In this document: piece after piece, positions 36,760 through 49,330 of the stretch | Layout of the letters: each line of letters opens with the position of its first letter | Position numbering within the stretch: the stretch's first letter is position 1 | DNA from: Octopus bimaculoides | Taxonomy: Eukaryota | Length of the DNA: 64,000 nucleotides | Direction: 5' to 3' | Assembly: GCF_001194135.2 (NCBI RefSeq) | Contig: NC_068981.1 | Location: 119,214,750 to 119,278,749 of the forward strand | Notes under the pieces: generated by a model | Database searches by the model: none | What the model was told of the DNA's origin: nothing | Seen by the model: the letters and a program-made list of their open reading frames with translations, nothing else | Position numbers and translations under genes: made by a program

Positions 36760-39479
36760 TTAAATTTGGATTGGTTTACTCTAGTCTATCAGCAAGCTTT
36801 TAAACTGTTTAGCATATTGTAGTCATGAATCTGTTAGGCAGGGAATGATCTTAGATTGCCCTTTCTGATCCACCCTCTTTGTTAGGCATTAACCATGTGT
36901 GATTCCCTTCCTTGTCTACCATATATATGTCAGATTTACAGATAACCACGATCTTTTTATATTAACAATTATATTTGTCACATTGGATCATTTCAGTGAA
37001 GTATTTTTGATGCACTTTTGTATATTATCCATTAATGTGGATAGAGATGAATAAATAGTTTCCATGACAACTTTGAATTATTCATTTGATTCAGTGTGAA
37101 TTAATTTAGACTAGTCGTTATCTGTCGCTGTGCTGCCGGATTATGACCTAGTCACAATGAAATAGATCCCTTCAGCAGAAGCCTACTACAATGATCACAT
37201 TGATATGCTCAACAGCAACCTGTTTTTTGTTTATTTTCTTGAAACAAATGTTAATTCTATCTTTCATATGCTCTTTCACTATATTTCTCTCTCAACAAAC
37301 AAGTCATTATAGTGAAAGTCTTTTGCATTGTCTAGATCTTGAAACAGAGAGAGAGAGAGAGAGATACACAAACAACCCAAAACATAACTATATGTAATTA
37401 TAATTCATTAATGTATTTGATCGTTAAGGACAAAACTTTGATGTACGGGAATGACTAATCATTTTTGAATTCTCTCAAATTGTCCTGCCTGTCTACATTC
37501 AACAAGCCAAAATAAGAATAGCTTTTTCATGGTTTGGAATTTAACTCCCATTTCTAGCGTGATGGAAAATCACTTAGTGGCTTTCCCTCAGTGTATAACG
37601 CTTATACACACATATAATAATATTTGCAGTCTACGGACATTTTTACCCACGCTAGCCACTGGTAAAAAATTAATATTTAAAATTTATATATATATATATT
37701 CCATCTCCCAATAGTTATTTTTTTAAAGTCTGTGTGGTGTTTTGTTGACAGACTTGCACTTTTAGTCAAAACTTGTTGGTTACTATCCATCTTTCTTGGA
37801 CTCTCAACAACTTTTCTCCTCACCTTAAATATATGTTGTGATAGGAGTTATCTCCTTTTTTGATTCCTCCCCTTTTCTCTCCAAAAGTGTTGAGACAGAT
37901 AGACAGAGATCAGTTTCTCTTTTATAAGATTTGGTCAAATGTCAAGTTTCTTAAATAAGTGACTTTATATTCAAATACATATAAATATTTCTTTCAAGTA
38001 ATGCCCATGATTTATAACTACACAACACAAGCAATACAGATTGGTAATAAATATAGCTTAGGTGTATAAGATGTTTTGTTGTTTTTAACACACAATTAAG
38101 GAGACCAATGGTAAAGCTGTTGTAGAAGCTTCTATCTGGTTACTTGACTGATTAGAAATAGTTGCCAAATCTCTCTCAGATCTCACTCTACTATTTTACA
38201 AAAGGAAATGATAGGTTTTTCTATATACATTATCTAAAACAAAGAAGACAAAGCAGTCTTTGCTTGAATGCCTTTTATCTTAGGTTTTTTTTCCATCAGG
38301 TTTGATTTTGGGTAGAGATATCCAGCAAATTTTATCAATAATTGTTTCTAATATAAGCACAAGATGTGAAATCTTGGAGAAAGAGAGGTTAGTCGATACC
38401 ATTGACACTAGTACTTGACTTGTACGTTAATTTATCAACCTTAAAGAATGAAGGGCAATGTTGTAAAGAGCCAGAAGACATGCCTCTAAGCATTTTGTCC
38501 AAAATACTACTCAAGCTTATAGGAGTTGTAAGATACTATGCTGAAAATTTGGCTGCTATATGAACAGGATGCGTAGTTTTCTTGATTAATTTGTAGTTTT
38601 CATGTATAATTCTGGTATTAGATGTATGAAGGAGAGGTTACTGCCGGTTGAATCTGTACATTTTGGGGCTTGTTTGGTACTTCTCTGCTGACTATACAAG
38701 ATCAATACATAATCAAGATCTTAAGGAAATGAGCAAGTAACAATTATTGTCAATATATTGTAATTTTATGAGTTGAACAGTTTAAAATATCTTATTCATT
38801 ATACCATATTCCTTTTTAAACTATTACCCTTCTGGTAAGAAAATTGTCATTTTCACTACTAACACAGTATTATGTACTTAGCAGAAGTAATGGTATATAA
38901 AGTTGCAGTATTTCTGGCATAAGGTTGAAGAACCACAAATTCAGATGTGATAGATGTAAATATGTAGTTTGTTGTAGGGACATTCATAAAATAAATCCCT
39001 GAATTGTTCTGATGACTCAGTAGAAGTTGTGATAATTTCTTTTTTCTTGGTTGTTGTACTAAAAATATTATTATAATAAGAAAAAAGGAAACCAGTACCG
39101 AGAGAAAGAAAGAGAGATGAGCTGAATATAAGCTGACTATTTTTAACATGGGCACAAACTTGTGCCTACATTAGAAGTATTATAATAATTATTTTTAGGA
39201 TGGCAGAATCAACAGAATGATAGACAGAATGCCTTATCGTATTTTACAAATCCTGCTAGAGTTCACTTTGCTCGAATCCTTCCCAGGGTAAAATAGGTAC
39301 TAGTTAAATACTGGTCTTGATTTAACCTCAAATTTATTATTTTATGTTTATTTTAGAAATAACAACAAATATAATAATTATTATCACATTGCAGAAAATG
39401 TATTTACTTTCATTGGTGTCCTCTATAGACTTAGTCACATAATTGTTGAAACAGAATCTCTTTCATATTTTACAGAGGC

Positions 39480-39900
39480 TTAATAGAGTGCCTGTCCTCA
39501 CTTATGGTCATGATTGTTGGGTAATACCTGAAAGAGTACAATCATGGATTCAAATAGCTAAAACGAGGTTCCTCTGAAGGGTTTCTGAAGTAACATTATT
39601 CATCAGTGTGTAGCTCAGAGATCAAGGAGTCTCTCCAGTTCAAGCTGCTACTTCTCTACATTGATAGGTCACAGTTTCAGTATTATGAACATGTAATTAG
39701 GATGTTGCAGGAGACCTAAGGGTAGACCAAGAATGAGATTGTTGCATAATGTCCATAGTCTCTGTTGTGCTTTGGAGACTATCCAGAAAGTCTTATGATG
39801 GTTGCTTCTGATAGAAGGAGTTACTTGAGGACTCTACCCCTACAACCCTCCCAGGAATAATGGGCTGAGAAGATGCAATGATAATACTTGGAACACCAAC
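39480..39900 (+). mobile_element. Old RTE-like ORF2 C-terminal fragment (different subfamily)
   Basis: PVLTYGHDCWVIPERVQSWIQIAKTRFL resembles the RTE post-RT region. Confidence 0.55.
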
Positions 39901-40009
39901 AAGATAAAATCTGTACATCCTTCTCTAGAATATTTTCAAATCATGTGTTAGAGATACTTTCCAAGTCATGGGCTTGGCAGTACTACAGCAAATTAGAAAT
40001 AGTCTAGAT

Positions 40010-40327
40010 CAGTGGTTCTCAACTAGGGTCCATATAATTTTTGGTGGGGTCCCACACAACAAAATAGTAAATTGAGTTCCACAGTAGCATTTTAAGGACT
40101 CCTAAGAAAATTTTGCTTTAGATGTATGTATTGCAAGAAATAGCTAGGTTTAATTCCCTAACATTTTACATAGTTCAACCTACACAAGTTTGTGTGAAAA
40201 ACAAAATGGGAATTTTGGAAGAAGTTTCTGTAAAACTAGTTTTTAAACATTGAATAACTATGGGGATCCACCTGAGTAAAATGATAATTAAAGGGGACCA
40301 TAGATAAAAAATGGTTGATAACCTATG
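40010..40327. mobile_element. hAT-Charlie-type MITE
   Basis: Ends CAGTGGTTCTCAAC and GTTGATAACCTATG. 8-bp TSD GTCTAGAT (40002-09) / GTCTAGAC (40328-35), fitting the NTCTAGAN target preference. Confidence 0.8.
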
Positions 40328-40838
40328 GTCTAGACAGATAAAGCGCTATGATGATTTGTGTTTGTCTAAGACTTGTGATGGACAATAAACCACACCCCTC
40401 TACATAAGTCACCTGTTTCTGGAACCAGCTTCTCAGAATATGTTGAATACTTGTAATGGTCAGCATATCTCCTTCAACTTGATGACCAAACAGTGTTTTG
40501 TTGCTTAGGTGCCATGATAAAAAAAAATAATTCGGTGGATGTGTTTGGGAGAGTCGACAGGAATTAGAATGGCAGATAGGCTGATGGGTTTAGGTTTCAC
40601 TCTGGTTTTGTCTGTTCTCTGAATTCAGAAGAATCTAGTTGCTTGAAATAATGTTGATATACTTTAAATTTATTATTATTTTAATGTTTTTTTTTATAGC
40701 TATTATATATTTACTATAATTATTATGACTCCTTTTCCTTTTATAAATACTATCATAAAAGTTATTTTTTGATGGGTATTATCTTTTGTCATATTAAAAT
40801 TTTGAGGTTGTGCTGTTTGTCACTCCCAAATTGTTCAA

Positions 40839-43650
40839 CCGTTTCGTTACCATATTTCTAACCAAAATACACCCCTTATGTGTTTCAATTAATTTCTAAC
40901 ATAATCATAAATTTAGTCTGGTTTCATTAAACAACTCTAACTTTTTTATTTATCAGCATATTAATGTGATTTTTGGAAGATAATTTAACGAAAGGTTCTC
41001 AACCAATTCTATACCATAATTTTTGTCACAAAGTGACTCTAATTACAGGTAATTTCAACAAAATATAAAATTATTAAAATTTTTGTTCAAACATCGCTAT
41101 AGAAAATGGGTTATTAGCTAATATTCAATTGGGTATACAACAAAATTTTACTATTGAAGAGTTGTGCACATTACTGNNNNNNNNNNAACAAAATACACAC
41201 ACACCATCAACTAGATTAAATAAGCTCTCCCATATACATAGATACACAGAAATATACAATAATGATTTACAAAAGAAATTAATCAAAATTCGTCACTCAC
41301 CTTACAGGTAAATTAAAATTACACATAAAGAAAAATAAAAACGAAGTAAATTTGAAAATATAAAATCAAATCACACATATATACAAATCAAACAATATTC
41401 CTATCATGAAAACTTGTAAAGCACCCTGCTGTACATAATGCAACCTTGCAGAATGCACATTGGAAAGTTGTTCCAACAGCCCTTCCACTAGGAGCTTTCC
41501 TTTTTCGATGAAGGCATCCGCGACACTGCTTTTTGCGACCCTCGATTCTTTTCTAATTTATGGAGATCGGCTGAATTCAGAGGGATATCTCTCTGGCAGG
41601 CTTTGCTTTTTCTCCCTACAGTTATTATTTTTTTGAGGAATAGCCAGCTCTTAGTTGCATTGCTACATCTGCATGGAACGGCAGATGGTCTCATCGCTTT
41701 CGAGCCGGCTCCGATTTGGTATATAGTATAAATGCATTAGTAATACTCATATTTACTATATACCAAACCAGGTATCGCCACCATTTATTCCCCGGTCTGT
41801 CAACTGGATAATAAGACATCATGTGATTCAGCCGATCTACACCACCCATGTACCTGTTATAATCGAGGTTCACAAATGGCGTGCCATTTTCATCCACATG
41901 TGACCGTGCACAGGTAGACAGAAAATTAATCTGCCTCTTATCTCTGTATGCGGTCACTAGCAAATTTCCTTTCTGCTGTTGAATTATTTCACCTTTTTTT
42001 TTTATATTCAACGGCAGTCCTTTTCTACTAGCGATCACTTGTAGCACCTGAATGTGTTGCCACAGTATCCAAATTCTTCGCAAGTTTGACCAAACTGAAA
42101 AAGTGGTCAAAAAATAATATACGGCCCTGGTTATGGTATGGAAGTGATAAATTCCAGACCACATCATACCCTAGACCATGCTGACTTACATAATTGTCTC
42201 TTTTGCCAGTATAAAATTCGGCACTGTCATGGTATTAGCTGTCAGAAGTGAAAGTAGAAAAATCTGACAAGGAACGTATCCTATTATTTTTAAACTTCAA
42301 ACTTCATTTGTTTTCTATTTTGATAAATTCTCTCCGTTGAAAATTATATTTTTCTATTTTAAATAATTTGCAATTTCAGAAAATATATTTTTATATTAAA
42401 TTTGCGTTTTCTAATTTGATAAATTCTACGGATACAAACAGAGGTGAACGAGTGATAGATAGATATATATATAGAGAGAGATAGTGAGATAGACAGACAG
42501 ATAGATAGCTCCGGCTAGTCAGTAGCCAAAGAATCGACTCAAACCAGCAGTAACGTTCCTTGTCAGTTCTACTTTCAATTCTGACAGCTAATACCATGAC
42601 AGTGCCTAAAATTCAAATTCAGAGCAGTACCCAGTCAAACTTTGATCCCGTTTTGTGGGCTTTCCTGGCATATATTGTCGAAAACACACACACGGCCTTC
42701 ATAGCCCACCATACCCTCATCAATTGATAAATGTCTCCCTTGTCTATGAACCGTTTTATATGTGTTTTGAGTCAATGAGGGGTCTTATTTTAAATAAGGG
42801 ATCAAAGTCTGGTTCTCCACGTACTGGTGTACTGCTCGTGTCTCTTATATGTAGATATTGAGTTAATTTCAAAAATCGTGTCCTCGTCATTATACTTGAG
42901 ACATATTCGTCTCCAAAGGGTTCATCACTACTCCAGTAATTTGTTATTCTGGTTAACTTTCTAATGCCCATAATAATATTTATGGCAAAATATGCCTTAA
43001 TTTCATTCAAGTTTGTGGGAAACCACAAACTATCCTTTCTTACGCTTTGTTTACATTCAGCGTAACGATTTGTTTCCGCCGTAATCATTTCAAATAGGTA
43101 CATCGGTAAGACTGTGACTTGGTCCAGTTTCTTCAGAAAAATCACCGAAAGAAACAGTTTTAAAATTTTCACTCAATTCAGGTACCAATTCATTCTCTAT
43201 ATCGCTGTCATCGGAGCTCTCGGATTCACTGCTTTCACTTTCGGAAAATGAAACTTCAGATTCATTATCAAATACCATGTGCTTTTTTTTCTGGTTACAG
43301 AGTTAGATTTATCAAAGTCTTCAATGGAAAATCCTTCAAATTCTGACTCGCTGCTTGACAGAATAAAATTCGTATCCATTTTTTTGTCAGCATTACAAAT
43401 TTTAAAAACACAACAGAAACAAATTTGGAAAAAAATCTCACAAAATTAAAATAACACGTCGATCGTTGTACAAAACTATAGCTGAACTGTTTACGCAGCA
43501 TAATCACGTGTTTTAACGAATGTACTAACGAGATTTGCTCTGAAAATCTCATTTAAATATGAATATGTGATTACGCGCGGTTTTGGGCGGCTTGGTCACG
43601 TGAACCAAAATTTTTTTCGGGCAGCTTTGGGCGGTTTGGTGACGAAAGAG
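40839..43650 (-). mobile_element. Near full-length piggyBac (PGBD4-like) transposon; transposase disrupted
   Basis: ATG at 43379, acidic N-terminus, catalytic IDEG / FFDHFF / MGGVD motifs, Cys-rich C-terminus FQCAFCKVALCTAGCF. Ends CCGTTTCGTTACCA and (reverse complement) CTCTTTCGTCACCA. Frameshifts and a MITE insertion. Confidence 0.9.
42220..42606. mobile_element. 387-bp MITE with about 55-bp TIRs and 8-bp TSD (Merlin-like)
   Basis: TIR GGCACTGTCATGGTATTAGCTGTCAGAA is perfect for 28 bp. TSD TAAAATTC at 42212-19 and 42607-14. Removing it restores the transposase frame (SEFEFYTGKRD). Confidence 0.9.
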
Positions 43651-44639
43651 TCAAATTCTTTTCTGGCAGTAGCTCTTTATTGAGTATTGAGGTGAGAGGA
43701 GGTTACATGTTTATGTGGTAAATAATGAAAAATAACAGTATTTGTAAAAGTGCTTACATTATTTAGGTATGTAACTTTACATTCAAAGTTTGAATTGTCG
43801 TTTTTTTGTGATTGATGAAATATTTAGCAGACAAAAAATGGAATCATTTTAGTTAACTATCCTCTTCATGCACACCTCAATTTGAGGTCTTGTATCTATG
43901 TTAGAAATCATACCATCATCAGTGAGTTTGACACAAAGTAGTAAAACATTAAAATAGAGGCTTTCTGATATAAAATAGCTTGTGCTCAAGATCAACTAAG
44001 ATCAATATATGAAACAAACTTCTTCCAAAAATGGAAAATTGTTTTTTTGCTAAATAATATTTATTGTATACTTGTGTATGTGTTACATTCTTTTACTGGT
44101 TTCAGTCATTAGACAGCAACTATCTTAAAACTTCAATGGTTTTAGTTTTGTTGAGCTGAGTGTTCAGTCTGGTGCACATTTTATCAAGTTTATTTGTTGA
44201 ACAGTTAAGTTCAGTTGTTTTAAGTTAGGTTCTATGAAGGAAACAAATACTAGAAAGTAATTCATTTTGAGGTATCAGTTTACACCATTACACACACATG
44301 TGCGATGGGGTTCCACCTTTCAAATTTTACTCTTAAGGAATTGGTTACTCCAAGGCCACTTGCTCTTGGTGCCAAGCAATGGAATAGGAACATGGAACTA
44401 CATTATTGCAAAACATATATTGTTTTCTTTGGTGTTTGAATTATTCAGAACTGTAAAAAGATGCCCTGAAACTTTTATTTAATATCTGTTTATGAAATCT
44501 AACTAAAGCTAAATAATCTTGCTTAGTTATATTTATCAACACTCTAAATCAGTTGTTCTCAAATCATTTTGACTTAATGTTGGCAGACTGGAAGTTAGAT
44601 AAATAAATAAAATATTACTGGTGTACTTCACATGGAAAG

Positions 44640-45065
44640 TCAAACAAACATATGCACAAGTATGGTTGTGTGGTATGAAGCTTGCTTCCCAACTGCATGG
44701 TTCCGAGTTCAGTCCCACTGCATGGCAATTTGGGCAAGTGTTTTCTCTTATAGCCTCAGGCCGACCAAAGCCTTGTGAGTGGATTTGGATGATAGAAGCT
44801 GAAAGAAACCCGTCATATACACACACTATATATATATATATGTGTGTGTTCTCCCCCCCCCTCCAGCCACTGTTTAACAACTGGTGTTGATGTGTTTAAG
44901 TCCCCATAGCTTAGCAGTTTTGCAAAAGTGACCGATAGAATAAGTACTAGGCTTAAAAAAGAAAAAAGTCTTGGAATCAATTTGTTCAACTAAACCCCCC
45001 TCCAAGGTGGTTCCCCAGCATAGCCACAGTCAAATGACTGAAACAAGTAAAAGGTAAAAGATAAA
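44640..45065 (+). mobile_element. Full-length SINE, same family as 11760-12330
   Basis: Head with B-box-like GTTCAGTCCC, microsatellite core and family tail. Confidence 0.85.
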
Positions 45066-46089
45066 AGAAACCAAGTTTTAAAGTCAGAAATAAGAAAATG
45101 TACAGAAACCTAATCCTTAGCTTTATATAGTCATATCAGAGTATATAAGAAAATTATGATCAACATAGTGACGTCAGTGCATGATTAACATGTTTTTTAA
45201 TATACTGAAACCGTAATATGGATTTTCTAGAGACTTGTATTTTAAAAAATCCAAGGTGTATCTAGGTGTCCTTGCAACTTGCCACTGTGCTGTGTTTTAA
45301 AGACCATTGCTCTAAATGTACATTTTAATTGCATAAAAGAAATGCTAAATTAGTTGGTGTAGGTGACATTTTACATAGCTGAATGAACACTCTTACAATT
45401 ATCATCGTCATTATTTGATATTACTTACATGGGTCAGATGGAATTTGTTGAGGCAGATTTTCTATAGTTGGATGCTCTTCTTGTCTCCCTCTGTCACCTC
45501 TTTCCTAGATAATAGTTAATCGATTCTGTGGTTAGACATTTTTTACAGAAGACTATAAACAGTTAAGCTCATTTACAATCATGTGATGTCAAGACAAAGG
45601 TACACACACGTGCGCGCTGGGTTTCTTTCAGCTTCTGTCTACCAAATCCACCCACATGGATTTGATCAGCCCAGTGTTGTTGATAAAGATGTCCAAAATG
45701 CCACACAGTGAGACTGAGCCCAAGATCACATGGTTATGAAGCAAGCTTCATAACTGCACAGTCATGCCTATGTCTAGCTATGCCTGTGCTTATATTTATT
45801 CTTTCACTAATTAAAATAATTACTTTGTAAGGTTTAAGGAAAATAAATGGATCATCATCATATCGGTGTTCATTTTTTCATGCTTGCATTGGTTGGAAAG
45901 GGTTTATTGAAGGAGGTTTTTTAATGGCTGGATGTCCTTCCTGTTGCCAGTCTTCACTTGTTTCTAAGCAAAGTAATATTTTCCCATGGCCAGTCATGTT
46001 GCAAAATACTGCAAATGAACGACATTGCTTATATGGTAGTGGCAGTCGTTTTACAATTAGCATACACTGTCAAGACAAGGAGACACAAG

Positions 46090-46285
46090 CATATACACAC
46101 TCACACATGTGCACATATGTGCACACACATACATACTACAGGCTTCTTTCAGTTTCCATTTACCAAATCCACTCACAAGGTTTTGGTTAACCTGGAGCTG
46201 TAGTAGAATACACTTGCCCAAGGTGCCACGCACGAATGGGACTGAACCTGGAACCATGTGGTTGGGAAGCAAACTTTTTACCATA
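46090..46285 (-). mobile_element. SINE 5' half, inverted relative to 44640-45065
   Basis: Reverse complement of the family head. Confidence 0.8.
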
Positions 46286-48299
46286 TAGCCTCACCTGCAC
46301 CTAGAAAATATAATGAAGTTGACTTTTAGTTATGCTGGATGGTATAATGCTTACTTTTTCTGTATGAATTTACTAATACCATTAAATGGTTAACTACTTT
46401 TTAGAGTCTGACGTTCATGCTGGTAAACACAGTTCAGGCCATATTTTACATTGCTTGGAGTTTCTACCTATCACAATGGAGCACCATTGGCATACATAGT
46501 GATATGGATATTCCTGACTGAAAAAAATGTAATGATATGGATTATCTTGATTGTATGTTTCTATTTTTGTCTGTTTATTACTAGGCACAGGTTTAAGTTT
46601 GTTGTACTGTTTACACCAATTTCGAACATTGGCTTCATTAACATTAAAATGCCTTCCAGCAGCTCTTTTGTCACGTTCAAATGCATGTTCAACATATTTA
46701 ATTTCTCCTTTGCAGTAAACGATTCATAAGTTCTGCCCATACTGACAATAACAGTAATGACAAATTTTAAAGTTTGCTTGACATTTTATAAGTGTGAAAG
46801 GGATTAAAATTTCGATACTCTGTATCAAAAGTTCTGACAAGAATAGGCAGTAAAGAATTCTGTTTACATAATCAGTTTGATCAGTCACTTTCCTCTGTTG
46901 GCTGGGTAAAGTGTCATTCAAGTTGTTGTTTATTAGTAATTAAACTTAATTTGCAACACCTGTGTGTATTTATTAGCCTTGGTTTTGTTGGTAATTCTTA
47001 TCAACAACTTTTCCTGTGATCGTGATTTGAGAAGACACAGCAGTATGCTAAAGATCGGACATAATCTCTTGTGAGCAAGAAATGTAAAATAAAGTTTATT
47101 ATAAACAACACAAACACTTTGTAATTTAATAGCTTTCAACGTGATACCTGTTAAACAGAAATTATTTTTATTTAATGAAAATTTAATAAAATCTAATCAT
47201 AAGTAAGTGAAATTATGCTAAATACAACTAAATTGAAAACCTTTTCCCCCTGGCTGTATCAGCAATTCTGAAGTTTTAGGTGTGAATTTTGCATTTGTAG
47301 AAGCTTTTTTAAACAAATTTTATCCTGAAAATCATTCCATACACACTTCTAAAACTACATGGGTTTTTACAGTAGTCTGAGCATCTTATCATTCATGATT
47401 TCTTGCTATCTTATTCATGAGATCTTTCATTCTGAAATCAGATTTCATTGCATCTTCCTCTGCTGTAGGCTCCTTCTACTTAGATTTCTTGACATTTCTA
47501 CATTCTTCATACCTGTCTATCTGCACAGTTTTCTTTCTTACACACTATACTTGAATGCTGTAATGCTCATTGTTTTTTCTCAGTTCATTTGCACCCTGTA
47601 GCTCATACATGTTGACATTAAAACCCAGTTAACAGGTTCACTTCATTCTCTTTTCTTTTCAACTTTCCTCATTCACTACCCATGGCTTGCTATTGTACAA
47701 TATTGTACTTTATATGCAAGTATTATACAACCTGCCCTCGACTTGGAGAGAGAAACTCATTGTGGTTAACATAGGTAATAATTACTTGAACCCCTTTACC
47801 ACCCTATTTTAATTCTAGCTAGAGTCCTTTCACAACACCTACTTCCACCACTGATTATATCACCTCAACAGACTGTCAACTACTAGCAAGTATGTTGTGC
47901 AGATGAAAGATTGCATTTTGTAGATGCTTTTATTGCAAACTACTGCTTTGCATCTGTAACATATGAAAGTTTTTTTCTGTTAGTTAGCTTAAGATTCCAC
48001 CACATCTTTTGTGCACCCATTGTTTACATTGGATATATTGTATCTCAAATATAATTGCAAATATTTAGAATAAAAAATAAATGACATTTCTAAATCTTAA
48101 AATTTTCTGCATTACAAGTAAATACGAAAGCCTGTGGTGTTAGGATTTGCAAGGAAATTGAGGCATCTTTTAGAAGTATGTATGGAATGATAATGGTGCA
48201 CTTGATCTCACTGCTGCTGAAAAGGAGGAGGCATAGAAATGTTATTACAACAGGCTGTTAAATAATGGAATGTATAAATAAGTAAAGTTCTACCTCAAA

Positions 48300-49330
48300 T
48301 AGAGTAAACAGAAGGACCAGCCATTGAAATTGACAACCATATAGTTGAAAGTGCAGCTAAGGATATGAAATCAAGGAAGATAGTTGAACCATCAGGGGTA
48401 ATTGTTGAGATGCTTAACCCTTTAGCATTTAAACTGGTCATATCCAGTCCAAATATTCTACCTGCTTTATGTTCAAAACAACCAGATCCAGCCTCTCATA
48501 CGTATCTTAGAAATGTCATTCTAAAAATAAACAATCACAACGTGATCGATGCCAAGCCCACTTGACTGGCTCCTGTGCCGGTAGCACATAAAGAGCACCC
48601 ACTACACTCTCAGAGTGGATGGCGTTAGGAAGGGCATCCAGCTGTAGAAACATTGCTAGATCAGATTGGAGCCTGGTGTAGCCACTGGCTCTCCAGACAC
48701 CAGTCAAACCGTCCAACCCATGCCAGCATGGAAAACGGATATTTAATGATGATGTTGATGACATCATCAAAATCTCAAAGCTACAAGATAATGCATGATT
48801 AATTGAAAACAATGTGATTAAATAAGCATTACATTTGATAGAATAATTTAAATACTAAATAGTTAAAATATCTGGCTAAGTATGTCACTGGTATTAGTCA
48901 GGTAATATAGAAGGGTGTCATACCCTGCAAAACAAAGCAGTATTATCCTTTGCTACAAGAGCAAAGGAGATATTCTAAAGTGGAGCAACTACAGATGCAA
49001 CAAGTTGACAGACCAGATTATGAAAGTTACTGGATAAGTTATAGCACAACTAATTAGGAAGAGAATTAGTCTTGACAAGGTGCAGTTCAAGATTATGCTA
49101 GGATGAAGGTCACTATCAGTGAACTCCTCCAAGTGAGATTACAACTGAAATCCTTAGGTGCAAGCCACTCTACCTATATTTTGACAATTTCATGTCCTAC
49201 AGTTTGGTTGTCATGAAGAAAACTGGGGGCAAATGAATAACTTGTGAGAGCTCTGGAAGACATTTACATACAAACATGGAAAAATGTATGCAAAAATGAT
49301 GTTAGTAGGGGTGATGGACAAGATGTATAA
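48300..49330 (+). mobile_element. Nested stack: old RTE fragment, TTAA MITE (48418-48862), RTE tail (about 48545-48760)
   Basis: The RTE sequence GAGATGC|TTAA|AATATCTGG (EMLKISG) is split by the MITE, with TTAA at 48414-17 and 48863-66. The MITE is itself interrupted by an RTE tail. Confidence 0.75.

Noticed and set aside
41295-41312. Possible recursive splice site (CTTACAG|GTAAAT)
   Set aside because: Weak pyrimidine tract and located inside a recent piggyBac; it cannot be supported without nascent RNA saw-tooth data.
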